Shown here piece after piece: positions 1-12,429 of a stretch of 64,000 bases of DNA. The stretch is from contig CM060732.1 of the NCBI GenBank assembly GCA_030704615.1, forward strand, positions 12,710,001-12,774,000, given 5' to 3'. The notes below the pieces were generated by a model. It had not been told where the DNA came from and did not search any database. It was given only the letters and a program-made list of their open reading frames with translations. The position numbers were made by a program, and so were the translations under genes. This stretch comes from Takakia lepidozioides. Lineage: Eukaryota > Plantae > Bryophyta. Each line of letters opens with the position of its first letter. Position 1 is the stretch's first letter.

Positions 1-1840
1 GTCAGGTTGTGTGCTTAACTGACCAGGAGAGCATTTGATGGATTAGGCTATGGATTGGATTTACCAGACCTAAATATTGAGGGGAATGGACACTGAGGAC
101 TGTTTGCACTATTTCTAGTGTTTTGGCATGATGTAATGCAGGTTGTATCAGGAGAATACATATTCTGGAACTCCCTTGGCAAATATCCACATGTTGTTCT
201 GCTAACATTATAGGTGTTTGCGGTATATATTATGACAAAAACATCATATGAACCTTTTGGCAATGTCAACGGCAACCATTGGACCAGCATACGTTGGGTT
301 TGATACGATTTCATTCTTCAAAGTTGGGCCTTCATGTGATCAAAAGGCGTGTTCATGACAAACCACCTGTGGGAAACCAGTTACTTCAAACAGTAATTGT
401 CTTCAGGGTGCCATAGTGCCATAGTGCCATAGTTCCCACAACTGTCTTCAAAAGCTGTATTTTCAACATGTTTGGGTTCTAATGATGTTTCCCCAGACTG
501 ATGCTTTTGAGTACGTGCGCAGAGGTACTGTGGATTTGCTGGCACCTTGCAAGCTGGAAATCACAACCCTTGCGGGAGCATTGTCAACTGTTGTCTTGAA
601 GACAGCAAAGAGCTTCAGGATCAGAAGGAAGATGAGTTCAGCTTCACGAGGTAAGATCATTGTACTAATGCTTAGGTAGGTAGAAGAGCAGCTCCTTGGG
701 ATTTCAGTAATGAAGTATTTGCTTATCCACTAAATCTTTATCTTGGCAGCTTGGTAGACTGTCGAGCGTACTTCGAGCCATCCTTGTGATTTGGTAGATT
801 TGCAAGCATGAAAGTAATTTCTCTCTAAGCCCAATAACAACTGTGACTAGGTTACATATCGCCTGCACTTCCGGAGCAGTCTGTTTCTTTCCTCTGTCTG
901 CTGCTTTGGAAGAAGTCATGGTTCTACTCAGAGCTTTGAATTGAAATAGAGGTCGTAAAAGTGCTGAGAAGATCGTTGGGCATGCGTGGCTGCTTTCCCT
1001 GATTCGGTCTTGTTCTTTAAGGGCTAGCGGTGAGCCTATCGAATGTCACAAGCAGAATAATAGTTATAAATATTTCCTGAACAGAAACAACAAGTCCTAC
1101 AATAAGCATACAAAGAATGGGATTTGAAACACTTCAGCATACAGATAGACCAGCGATCTTTCACGACCAGACACTTGCAAGAAGACACTAACATGAAATA
1201 CGCCAAAACTAGACATGAAACAAAAATAGAAACTGAATGTTGATAGACCTGCACTGCCTGTACACAAACACTAACTTGTTCACATAAACCCACACGATCT
1301 ATCAAAACATAAAGTAAACAAGGAAAAACGCCATCAACCTAGAAGCAAGAAATACAAAACCCTAGCTTCAAATCAAACCCTACATGAACATAAATGAAGC
1401 AAAAGCGACAGAGGTTTAATTTCGACACACGAACCTTTCTGAGCAGAAAGAAATTCTTCGGAAGCAACACTCACACAACACCTGCAAGGTTTTGATAACG
1501 AACTGGATTATGAACAAATGAAAAAAAAAACCTCCAATGCACACAACAAACTAACTATCAGCCACATGATCAAGAGAAACAGTAGAAGCACAGTAAAGAA
1601 TAACATCCACGCAGTTGATGACAAACAGCGCCAAAAGCTTCTCGAACAATGCCGCCGAAAACCCGCAGACACAAAAGCCAAAGCGCTTATACAAACTGAA
1701 TCGAGCCCGCGCACAGCAGAGAGGTGCACAGACGAAGAAAAGCAAGTACCCCTAAACCCTAAAACGAATAGAAGAGTAGAAGTCAAAAAGTTGCCTGAGG
1801 TGTAACTTATGTTATGCACTGGCTCTTGCGTCGACGAGGC

Positions 1841-2581
1841 GGGTAGTTGCAGGATAGGGTGTTTCACTTTTGGCAAATGATGACGTCCATGAAAGTCCAT
1901 TTTTTATTTTTCTTGGAGCATATTTTTTCAGTTTGATTCTTATAAAGATAAACAATAGTATACTTAACATCTTTAGTAAAGGGTCTAACCCCAAATATTA
2001 TAGATACTATTTGTTATATATTTTAATTTTTAATTGAAAAAAACTTGTAGAAATCAAATCTTAGATCGTATGACCATTTGTCCATATACTACCTAGTCAA
2101 TTATATGTTTGTATATTTATTAATAAAAGATGATATCCCAAAAAACCAAAAGACAATATGCTATGGACTAATGAAAAATACCTGTTGGTGTATAAAAAAG
2201 TCCATAGCCTGGTAAAAATTTGATAGATTTCCAAACTACTTTCACCTATTGAAACATTGCACAATTTCTACACATGACTTTTTGTCATTATCATAATTGG
2301 TTACATTTAGATATATATATTTTTAGAGTCCATAGCACAAAAAAAATGTGCCGATGACAAAACAGTGTTTCGAGATTCAAAAGTCCATAGCATTCTTACA
2401 ATTCATCCAATTTGCGAAAAAATTGTTACATTATATAGGTCTCGTAAGTGGTATACAAGAACCAATGTCCTTTATAATAAAGATGAATTATTGTGAACAA
2501 AGAAAAAGATAACATGAAGCACAATCGCTGAAAAACTGCCCAATGACGTCCAAACTGAGACACCCTATCCTACAATTGCCC
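1841..2581. mobile_element. MITE-like / non-autonomous TIR element (or one end of a larger DNA transposon)
   Basis: Imperfect inverted repeats: GGGTAGTTGCAGGATAGGGTGTTTCAC at 1841 vs the reverse complement of 2555-2581, GGGCAATTGTAGGATAGGGTGTCTCAG (22/27 identical). AT-rich non-coding interior with a repeated AGTCCATAGC motif (~2160 reversed, 2199, 2327, 2382). No clear TSD. Confidence 0.55.
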
Positions 2582-2864
2582 ATGCGCCGCGGTTGATTGG
2601 AGCCTCGAGGATGCGGAATTCATCTAGTCACGGTGGAGGCGACGAGGGTTATCCGGTGAGTCCGCATCCCAAAAATGGCCCTCTTTATTCGTTCCAATGT
2701 GCATGCGCACGACACTTCTTATCCACTGCTTGCCGAACCCTAATTCCCACGTCTCTGTTTGTGCGAAGTGCAGGTTTAGCAATTCATGGCCCTCACTGCC
2801 AACATCCGGGATTTTTTTTATTTTTTCAAAAAAAAAACCTGGGATCTTTGAGGAGGGGGCAAAA

Positions 2865-3000
2865 TGAACCCCTTTCATTTATAGGCCATGAGACCTACAT
2901 GACGATCCATGCCCACACATACCATCACGAACAATCCCACACACGGGGAAGGGCAGCGAGTTTGAACCCCGAACCACCAGGGCGACACATTGTGTTACAA
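2865..3000 (-). mobile_element. possible tRNA-derived SINE remnant
   Basis: The minus strand has a B-box-like GGTTCAAACT preceded by CTGGTGGTTCGG, similar to the head of the SINE-like element at 54.7 kb. Confidence 0.3.
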
Positions 3001-3209
3001 AGGACTTACAATATGGACTCGAGAAGATCAAATACATATTTGTTACATAGATAACTAGTCACACCTGTTGTTACAGTAATGAGATGTTTGAGTCCTATTA
3101 TGTGCTGTTGTTTATTCATGGATCTATTATTTAGATTGTCAGGCTCTAGATAAATTTATCTTTAGCAGCCAGTTACAATTTAGAGCATTGATTTTATTGT
3201 GCAGATTGA

Positions 3210-5319
3210 AATGGCACCCCATTCTCAACGTAATCTGGGTGGCAAGAGGAGCAAGACAATGTCTTCGTCTTCGTCTTCTCCGAAAGTGAAAAGGGTATGT
3301 AATCTAATCTTTGATAACTAGTTCCAGTAATTATTTTAGTGCTACCATTTATTGATTTGTTGATTTGCTGATGATGTATTTCTCTTATTCCTGTAGGGAG
3401 GGTATGGAGGGTTTGTCTTGGTCCATTACAAGCTGGAAGGGGGAGAAACGATCCCTTCATGTCAACCTATACATTTTACTCAGAATGAACTTGCGAAGTG
3501 TGACAATTTGCCCGACTTCATAGAACTTTTTTTTTTTTTTAAAAACGCGTCTTTGGTTATCTCCATGCAGGAGATGTGCTCTTCCAATTTCCAGATCAAG
3601 ATGAATATATATCGACTTTTGAGGAATTCATAGAGTGCATTTCTTGGTCAACTTTTGCTGAACCCATTCCAGGGATTGTCCCTGATCGCTCAGGTACTTT
3701 CAACCAGATTGGTCATGGAGCTACAAACACAAAGAAATCAAAAGAGGAACAAAATGCTAGCAAGATACGAAGCGCATGTTCCATCGTCTATCATGGATGC
3801 ACACACGGTTCGGGACATGCAATGTTCGGTTGATGGACCCCTCTTTGGCTGTGATAGACCCTACTCTTATACTCTACCAGTGCCATTGTTGCATCTTGTG
3901 TTTGGGGAATTTGTAGATAATCTTCACAAGATATCCTTACGAACTAGAGACGACTACTCTTTTGTACGAGACTTTGCAGCACCAGTCTGAAGTTTTTCAG
4001 AAAGGAGATTGATTGTCAGGTGGAAATTAAGGAATTACTTGAACCTTACTTCAAACAGAGTATCAGAAATCACAGGATTAAGGATGGAAGTACTATGGAG
4101 ATCGATTGTTGCATCAACGGCAACACTGCGTTTCTAGTATATGCGATTCTAGAGGTGGAGAATGAGCTTGGTGCTACAAAAACGCTGAAGTATTATCAAG
4201 GTTTGACAGACTATGCAGCTAGATTCTGCTTGGAGGAGCGGAAGAATGGTGAAAATGCTTACTTCTTATCTAATTGCCATGCTTTTCTCCTTGAAGTACA
4301 AGGCCTTCACATCAGAGAGTGGAATGACATTCCTTGATCGTGTGACTTCCATTTTTTTAACGAATGTTGTAAATGTGGTCCATTCTAACGCTGAAGAAAA
4401 TTTGACTTCTATTTTCAAAGCCTTGAGATTGGGTTTGGAAAGCCTGGAAAAATTCTATGACGGCATCCAAGGCGAAATAAAAGGATCTAAACGGCTTGAC
4501 AATATTCTAAATAGGTTTGTGCCTTACTCACTTTGGCTGGAACCAAAGTTCACTTATATGACGCCTCTCGGAGGCAAGAGGCTTGTGTTTCTAGCTGAGG
4601 ATGCCAGCCAACGAAATATTGTTCTTAAATTTTGCAAAAGATATGGTGACAAGGTATGTCGTGTACTCTTGTATTCAATTGTTGATTGACATAATCCTCT
4701 TCCAATGTGACTAGTTTTTATTAATACAGTTTCTCGTTATGTATTCTTGTTTGACTAATGTTGGGTTCTTGGTTTTGATATTGGGTTTTCTAGGTACACA
4801 AAGGCATTGTATGAATTGGGCTTTGCACCTCGGCTGCTGGAGTTGTAGGTATTGGGAGGGGGCTACAATCTTATTGTGATGGAATATTTGGAGCCCGCAT
4901 GGAAACAAGAGAGAGAAGACTCCGGTCAGATGGACCGGCGTAACTAAGAGCCACTTGGAAGCAATTATCGGTGCTTAACAAAGTTGAGAAGGAAGAATGC
5001 CGTTTGGTGATTCTTGAGGTGCTAAAGAAGGTACATGCTTTATCCGTGTTTGGTCCTCCAAATCCAGGGGTCTGTTCATGGAAATGCCCGGGAGGCGAAT
5101 ATCATGGTGAGGCGTGAAGAAGGGGTTTCTTATATCAAATTTGTTGATTTCAATTGGGTTGGTCAGGAGTGTGTTAGTACTTACCCATTCAACATGAACC
5201 ATATACAGATTGTTTGGCCTGATGGAGTGGCTGATGGATTGCCTATGCACCAAAGTCATGATGTTGTTGTTGTCTCAAACCCTCCCGAACGGTTATCATT
5301 GGAAGTTATATGTAAATAA
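3210..5319 (+). pseudogene. Crinkler(CRN)-type restriction-endonuclease-like + protein kinase-like pseudogene
   Basis: Fragmented ORFs give DRPYSYTLPVPLLHLVFGEFVD, ILEVENELG...YQG...SNCHAFLL (REase-like), IVLKFCKRYG, an intron (~4654-4793), ALYELGFAPRLL*..IVMEYL, and VHGNAREANIMV..IKFVDFNWVG..YPFNMN..IVWPDGV..G..HD (kinase). Several frameshifts and stops. Confidence 0.7.
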
Positions 5320-5332
5320 TCCAAAAAATTTG

Positions 5333-6390
5333 TGTTAGACCTATGCGATCCGCCCAACCTGTCGAGCGTCCGCACTTCGAAGATGACAATCTCCAAGCTA
5401 ACTGCGAAGTCGAGAGCTTCGAGCAAGGTGAAGGCAGTTACGGAATCATGAATGTACCAAGAGTAGCTGACTACTTTTAGTCACAATAATGAGAACGATT
5501 GCAGGGTATACGAATGAATGCAAAGACAATTATATCTTCACATCTCTCACCTGTGACTGAAAGAAGATTCTCAGTTACATAGATGAGCATATGTACCTAT
5601 TATTGAATATGGACAACTGAATAACGTCTGCTTTGACCATGTTGTATGTTTCTTTTTCAGAGAGAGCCGAATTAGCTCTCGAACACAACTGTAAGCAGAC
5701 GTTAAGTCAACATTTAACACATACAATTTCTGAAAATGTGTTGATAACTTGATACCAAGACACATGTGAACATTCTTGTTTCACATCCACGAACTTATTC
5801 CGATCTCGGATAGATGCGTGACTCTCCAGTGAAGCCCGACATTTCACGATTGGTACATGTCTTCCTCGTCATCCCTTAGTATTGATTTTCTACGATTACT
5901 AATTTGTAATCACATAAACTGCTCGTTCATCATGACTTCATCCCTTAGTGAAGCAGATGATTAAAAGTGTGTATTTCATTCTGAATATGATATAAATACA
6001 CCACAAATGCAGTCTAGAACCAATTCATAATAGACTTGTAGAATTTACATTCATGAGTTGTTGAGGCTTGGAAACTTGGCGTCCGAGAAGTAGCTGAATT
6101 ATTGAAGCATTCTGAAAGCATTGCCATAATGTTCAGCACATGAACTTGTCTTTCTAAATCATACTCGACTTAATTAGTCTTGAGTGTAGACACAAACAGT
6201 AAACTATACAAGAGTAGTCCTGAAATCGATACTGTAGCAGCTTCATGTAAATATATACACTGAGAGTGCAGGGAGAAACAACCCCCTTTTATCGATCTAC
6301 CTACCTGTCCTAACTAACTACAAAGTACCTACGAAATCGTATGAAAAACGTAATGAACAGGTGCATAAAATATCAACACCCCCCCTTGCA
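5333..6390 (-). repeat. putative 3' LTR and polypurine tract of the Copia element (left boundary uncertain: 5333 or 6186)
   Basis: The minus strand reads AAGGGGGGG (PPT) immediately followed by TGTTGAT starting at 6378, about 300 bp after the RNase H end. No partner LTR was found, so the other end is a guess. Confidence 0.45.
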
Positions 6391-6689
6391 CCTGACCTCA
6401 TTGCATCCTGAAGGAATCATATACGCCCCCTGTGTCTCCACTTCTTGGTCTTCCTAATCAAATAGTTGAAGATCAAAATCTGGCCATGGCTGAAAGGTCC
6501 AACTGTCGTGACTCATTTAGGTCGCATATGCCAAATCAGTATAATCCCGGAGGGACTTTGTGACTGTGGCACTCCACTAGAATGCAATGTCCAGACATAA
6601 AAGGAATTCGACGCTGTTGAATTGGCATAAAAATGCACGTAGCTTGTCAGCACAAAGAATTCATAGACGTTCCAGGACTATTAGGTGTC

Positions 6690-7303
6690 GCTGACAAATC
6701 CACCATACTTAGCTTTTCTCTTAGTTTTGTAAACTGAATGCAACCCAAGGGTTTTGTCAAGATGTATGTCATCTGTTCCTTTGTTGGAATGTATGCAAGC
6801 TCAGTTTTCCCATTTTTTTGAGTCTCTCAAATGAAATGATGGGCAACGTCAATATGTTTCGTTCGATTGTGGAACACTGAGTTGAGGGCCATCTTGATGG
6901 AACTCTGGTTATCACAATTGATGAGCATGGGTGCATCATCTCGTACCTTAATCTCGTTGAATAATCTTCGTAGCCAGATAGCTTCGCATGCCGCCTCAGA
7001 CAAAGCCATGTATTCAGCTTCTGTTGAGGACCTTGCCACATACCCTTGTTTCTTGCTGCTCCATGATATGGGTCCATTTCCAAGGGTGAAAATGTACCCG
7101 GTGGTGGATTTGCGGCCATCCAAATCTCCAGCATAGTCAGTATCGACAAAACCACAAGAATTGGGCGCTTCCCCCTTTCGATAACAGATGGCCAGATTCT
7201 GAGTCCCATTTAGGTAGCGGAAGATGTGCTTAGCAGCATCAGAATGGGGACGTTGGAGAGCTTGCATATAGCGTGAAACAAGTCCCACGGCGTAGGATAT
7301 ATC
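6690..7303 (-). pseudogene. Ty1/Copia pol 3' fragment (RT C-terminus + RNase H)
   Basis: DISYAVGLVSRYM..KHIFRYL..GFVDTDYAGDLDGRKSTTGY..ISWSSKKQ..SSTEAEYMA..NCDNQSSI..HNRTKHIDV..ILTKPL. Frameshift near 6830. Confidence 0.95.
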
Positions 7304-7901
7304 TGTCATGGACAAGAACATGACTGAACACAAACAAAAGATCAGACTAGAGGTACAAGACTAGACAAGAAGTCAAGGTCGGCGTGGCCGTATGCACGAT
7401 GAGTAAATAAGAATCAAGACGATCTTTATAACAATGAATAAGAGTACAAGATATTGGAACTTGAATACTGGAATGCTGGAAACTGGACTGGAGTACCTGA
7501 TACTGGAAACTGGAAACAAGAGTAGCTTGAACTGGTGTTGGCGAGATTGAAGAGTGTCCAGTCTCGCCTCCTATATATATTGGCTACTAAGAAGTCTCCT
7601 AAAAAGCTTCCCCTATGGAGGTTTCTTTATGGAGAAGTTTTCAAGAGTAAACAAAGGTTTCTTGATGGAGAAGCTTCCTTAAGCAAATGAGGTATCTTGA
7701 TGGAGAAGTTTCTCCCAAAGGAAGCTTCCTGAGCAGTTTCCCAAGTTACTTTTGGTAATTTGATAAACTCTCGATAACATGATAAGTAATGGTAAATCAT
7801 GGTAGATCATGGTAAATCATGGTAAGTCATGGTAACTTCCGGTAACTTGATAACTTATGGTATTTACTCCTGGTAAGTTCCTCTGGGATATGTCCGTGAC
7901 A
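7304..7901 (-). repeat. 3' LTR of chromovirus (Ty3/Gypsy) element
   Basis: TGTCACGGAC...CATGACA on the minus strand, preceded by PPT AAAGGAGGGGATGA (~7902-7914) and followed by TSD GATAT (7303-7299). Homologous (roughly 90-95% by eye) to 20630-21264. Contains tandem TTACCATGA-like 9-mers. Confidence 0.93.
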
Positions 7902-8481
7902 TCATCCCCTCCTTTAGCACCGAGTTCCTCGAGGAGCGATAAAATCTTGGACTTGCTTAGAGTTGGAGAAAATCCAAAATCCGGCGAATGATATTTGGCT
8001 CTTCGTTCTTGACTCAAATGATTTATAGGTCCCTGCAATCATCGATAGTGTCTAACAAGTGATTTGAGCATTCTGATTTTCGAAGCTGCCTTCAAACATG
8101 ATTTCGTTGTCATCTGGGTCCGAAGCCTCAACCTCCAACAGAATTATCAGACTTCGAACTCACGCCGATGCTCCACTTGTCGTCGTACGGGATCCAGACG
8201 AGGAAGTACGCGTCGCATTGATGGCCCATCGTCTCGAGAGCATCGGCGTGATGTTGAAGGTCGTGAGAGTCGGAATGGCTGATCTGGTAGTTGGGTAAGC
8301 GACAGCTCCAATGTACCTGGTTCCTGTGACTCCATGTTATCAATACAAGATGCAAGAGTGCTGGAAGTGTAGCTATATATACTGATGTGTGGTGCTCCTC
8401 CATCCTTAGCGTGTATCAGGTATATTGAATATGGAGTCTTCACCTTAAAGCTAACTTGGCTGATATCATCGTTGTGACGTC

Positions 8482-11400
8482 TTATTGACGTGTAGCTCGG
8501 GGCTTAGTTGGATATCGTTGATGAAACTCTTGGACTTTGTCAGATGCATTGGCGAGGTTGGATGAAGGTTCCCACGTTCGTTCGCTGATGTTATAGCATT
8601 TCCAATGTACGAAATACTCAAGACGTTTATACTTGATGCGAGAGTCTAGGACTTCGTCGACTTCATACTCAATTTCTTGATTGATTTCGATTGGTGGAGG
8701 TGGTACGGAGACTCTCCCTAGAATATTCGATGGATGATACAACTCCAATAATGAAACATGAAAGACTGACTGGATGGATGCGCATACTTCGTGGGAATTC
8801 AAGCCGAAAACTGACCGGATTTATTTGTCGAATAATTTTGAATGGTCCCAGGCGTTGATAATCCAACTTCCTTGATGGTCGCGAGGTTTGTATGTCCCGT
8901 CGAAGAAGCCACACACGATCTCTGACCTTGAACTGGGGTTGGAGTTGGCGACGTTGATCTGCATACTCCTTGTATTGTTTTTGAGCTTCTGCGAGGTGGA
9001 ATGTAAGCTCCTTGTGAATCATAGCAAGATGAGTAGCAAGGGTTTCTGCAGCAGGGCTTCCAATAGTCTTCATGTGGAAAGGGTTTGCTCGAGGATGATT
9101 ACCATAATTGGAGAAAAATGGAGTTTACTTGGTCGAAGAATGTATAGTGTTGTTGTAGGCAAACTCAGCCAATGACAGAAGGTCCGTCTAATTATCTTGG
9201 TGATAATTTATTGTACAGCGAAGATACTGCTCCAAAATCTGGTTTATACGTTCGGTTTGACCATCAGTGTGTGGATGATTAGCTGTAGAGAGGTTGATCT
9301 TAGTATCCAATATATAAAATAATCCCCTCCAGAAATTTGATATGAACTGTGGTCCTCGATCAAATACGATGTCCTTCGGGAGTCCATGAATGCGGTAGAT
9401 ATTATTGAGGAAGAGTCTTGCAGTTTCCTCGCCGATAACCGTCTTATTACATGGAATGAAATGTGTCATCTTCGTAAAATGATCTACAATAACAAAGATT
9501 GAATCGGTGATATTGGAAATTGGAAGGTGCGTAATAAAGTCCATAGACACAGACGACCATGGCCCTTGGGAATGGGTAATGGTCGAAGAAGGCCGTAAGG
9601 TCAATGTCGTGGTCCCTTCGCTCTAGCACACGTGTCGCAAGATTTTATAAATTCTTTCACGAGTTTCTACATCTGCGGCCACCAATAGTCCCTAGATATC
9701 AATTCCATTGTTTTGTTGAAGCCGAAATGTCCTGCAGCCAGAAGATCATGACATATTTGAAGAATTCGAAGTCGTGTAGATCCTGGAGGTACATAGAGAA
9801 GTCCCTTAAAATAAAGTAAGCCATCTTTGAATTTGAAGTCGTTTGTAACATGCGGGTTGTCTCGAGGTCGATTTAGTTGACTTCGTAGTGTCGTGGCAAA
9901 TTGGTCGCTCTTCAGTGCTTCCTGAATCTTCTTTATGATCTCTACATCGTCATAGGTGGACATAGATAACATATTCAATTAGAGATTTGCTGGTTTCAAG
10001 ATGATGAATTTCTGTTGGTCAAAAGTTGCATCCCCTTCTTTTGGCGCAAGATACGATCGTCGAGAAAGAGCATCTGGTTTTCCTTGGAGATGTCCGGGAC
10101 GGTAGGTAATAACAAAATCAAACATTGCTAGTGACATACTCCATCTCGCTTGACGTCGATTCAAAACACGAGCACTCATAAAATACTCGAGGTTTTTGTG
10201 ATCGGTATAGACAGTAACCAGATGTTTAGCTCCCTTCAATAGATGACGTCACTCCTCAAAAACATCGATAATCGCTAGAAGTTCTTTGTCATGGATTCAT
10301 AATTGATCTCCGCAGCGGAAAATTTGCGAGAACGAAAACCAACAGGGTGAAATCGGCCATCTGCACCGTGTTGAGAGAGTACCGCGCCAAGTGCGAAGTC
10401 CGATGCATCTGCTTCCAAAAATAATGGTTTAGATGGGTCTGCATGTACTAGTATTGGAGCCGTTGTAAATGTCTGCTTCAGCCTTTCAAATGCTTGGTCA
10501 GCCTTCTCATCCCATACAAATTTGTCCTTCCCTATGAAACATGTCAATGGTGCAGCAATTTTGGAGTAGTCCTTGATGAAGATTATATAGAAATTAGCAA
10601 ATCCTAGAAACAATTGTACATCTCGGACCGTTGGTTTAATTCACTCGATGATGGTTTGTATTTTCTTCTGATCCATAAAGACTCATTTGTCGAAAATAAT
10701 GTAGCCCAAAAATTCGACTTCAGATTGGTGGAAAAGACATTTTTTCAACTTGACATATAGTTTTTTCTCCCTCAATTTATCAAGGACAAGGCACATGACG
10801 ACCATGTTCTTCTTCATTCTGTGAAAATATCAAAATGTCGTCCAAATATATGACTACAAAGTCATCTAAAAATTCTTGAAAAATGTCATTCATCATGTGT
10901 TGAAAAATTGCTGGAGCATTTGTAAGACCGAAAGATATAACACTGTATTCGAAATGTCCGTACCTTGTGCGAAAAGCAGTCTTCCATTCGTCTCATTCTC
11001 TTATTCGTACAAGGTTGTAAGCTCATTTCAAGTCAATCTTTGTGAAAAAATTTGCTCGTCCAAGTTGTTCGAGGAGTCCGGAAATCAATGGTAGTGGGTA
11101 ACGATTTTTTATAGTGACTTTGTTGAGCCCACGATAGTCCACACACATGCGTAACGATCCGTCCTTCTTCTTCACAAATAAGATAGGTGCTCCCGCGAGT
11201 GATTTTGAATGTCGAATGAAATTTTTTGACAAATTTTTCATCAATGTATTCGCGTAAAGCAGCTAGCTCCGTCTGAGATAAATTGTAGATCGGGCTGAAT
11301 GGTGGTTGACTTCATTCTTGCAACTCAACTGCACAATCATAAGCTCGATGTTCTGGCAACATGTATGCATTTTTCTTCTCGAAGACATCCTTGAAATCTT

Positions 11401-11993
11401 GATATTGAGTGGGTAATGTCGAAGTACCTTGGTCTGTTGTGGTTTTGATCGGAGTCGCATAAAGTGCAAATGTCGCGTCTTTCTTCGTAGTTCTCATGAA
11501 GGCTCTAGCTCCAAGAAACAGAGGTTGAATACCTTTGGTACTTTTGCATTTTTGTCTTGCCGAAATTTCTGTGATCGCCAGTCGATGTTAGGATTATGAA
11601 GTACAAACCAAGGAAGTCCAAGGATCACAGGATTCGTTGGAGACTGGATGACATTGAAAACAATCTGTGATGCTTGATTTTTAAGCTTCACTTCAAGGGG
11701 TCGAATTTCATGGTCAATATTTCCTGATGCTAACGGTCGTCCATCGATGACTTCAACAGAGGCCGAGAATTTCTTTCTTAAGAGTGTTAAATTGTGTTGT
11801 TTCGCAAAGTCTTTGTCAATAAAACACGTTGAAGCGCCCGAGTCCAAAAGTGCTTCTACGGAGATATCTCGATTTTGCATCCTGATTTTTACTGGAACTA
11901 TAAAACAAGGTACATGGTCTGGAGGTAGAAAGAGACAATTTTTTGTGAGGAATTTGGGGTGTCCAGCCGCATGGTCCCTACTGTGACTAGACA
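8482..11993 (-). pseudogene. chromovirus Ty3/Gypsy pol (PR-RT-RH-IN-chromodomain), degenerate
   Basis: ALLDSGASTCF (PR); [24 protein letters not shown] (RT); LEADASDFALGAVL, YTDHKNL (RH); HDLLAAGHFG, SMDFITHLP, HPHTDGQTERINQ (IN); EYEVDEVLDSR..YFVHWKCY..TWEP (chromodomain). Many stops and frameshifts. Confidence 0.95.
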
Positions 11994-12429
11994 GTGAAGA
12001 ACACAAATATCCACAAATATCCACAAATATGTTCTCCACCTGTAACAGTTCCATAAATGTGCCGCAAAAATACTTGAAACATCATATGATCATGAAAACG
12101 TGATGTTGCAGAGAACGCTTCCAAAACTTTTCATGCTCATTGGGTTTTTCAAGGATTTTCTAGGTACACTCTTGGAACTGTTCCTGGTGGAGAACATGAA
12201 CAGATTGGACAAATTTGACTTGGAGGAGCACCGCATTCCGAAGCAGGAGACACTACAGAAAGAGCTTCAAATTACAATGCAAAACAAGATGGACGGAGAT
12301 AAATTGACAATTGAATCATCACTTGGTGTATAGTATAATTGACAAGATAATTGTGACTATTGTTTCATCTCAAAATTAATATCAAATATCGAATGAAATG
12401 TCTAACTTTGGCCCTGATAATTTTCGTAG

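Noticed and set aside
1-1800. Identifiable gene in the first 1.8 kb
   Set aside because: Only short ORFs without recognisable domains; a product cannot be supported.
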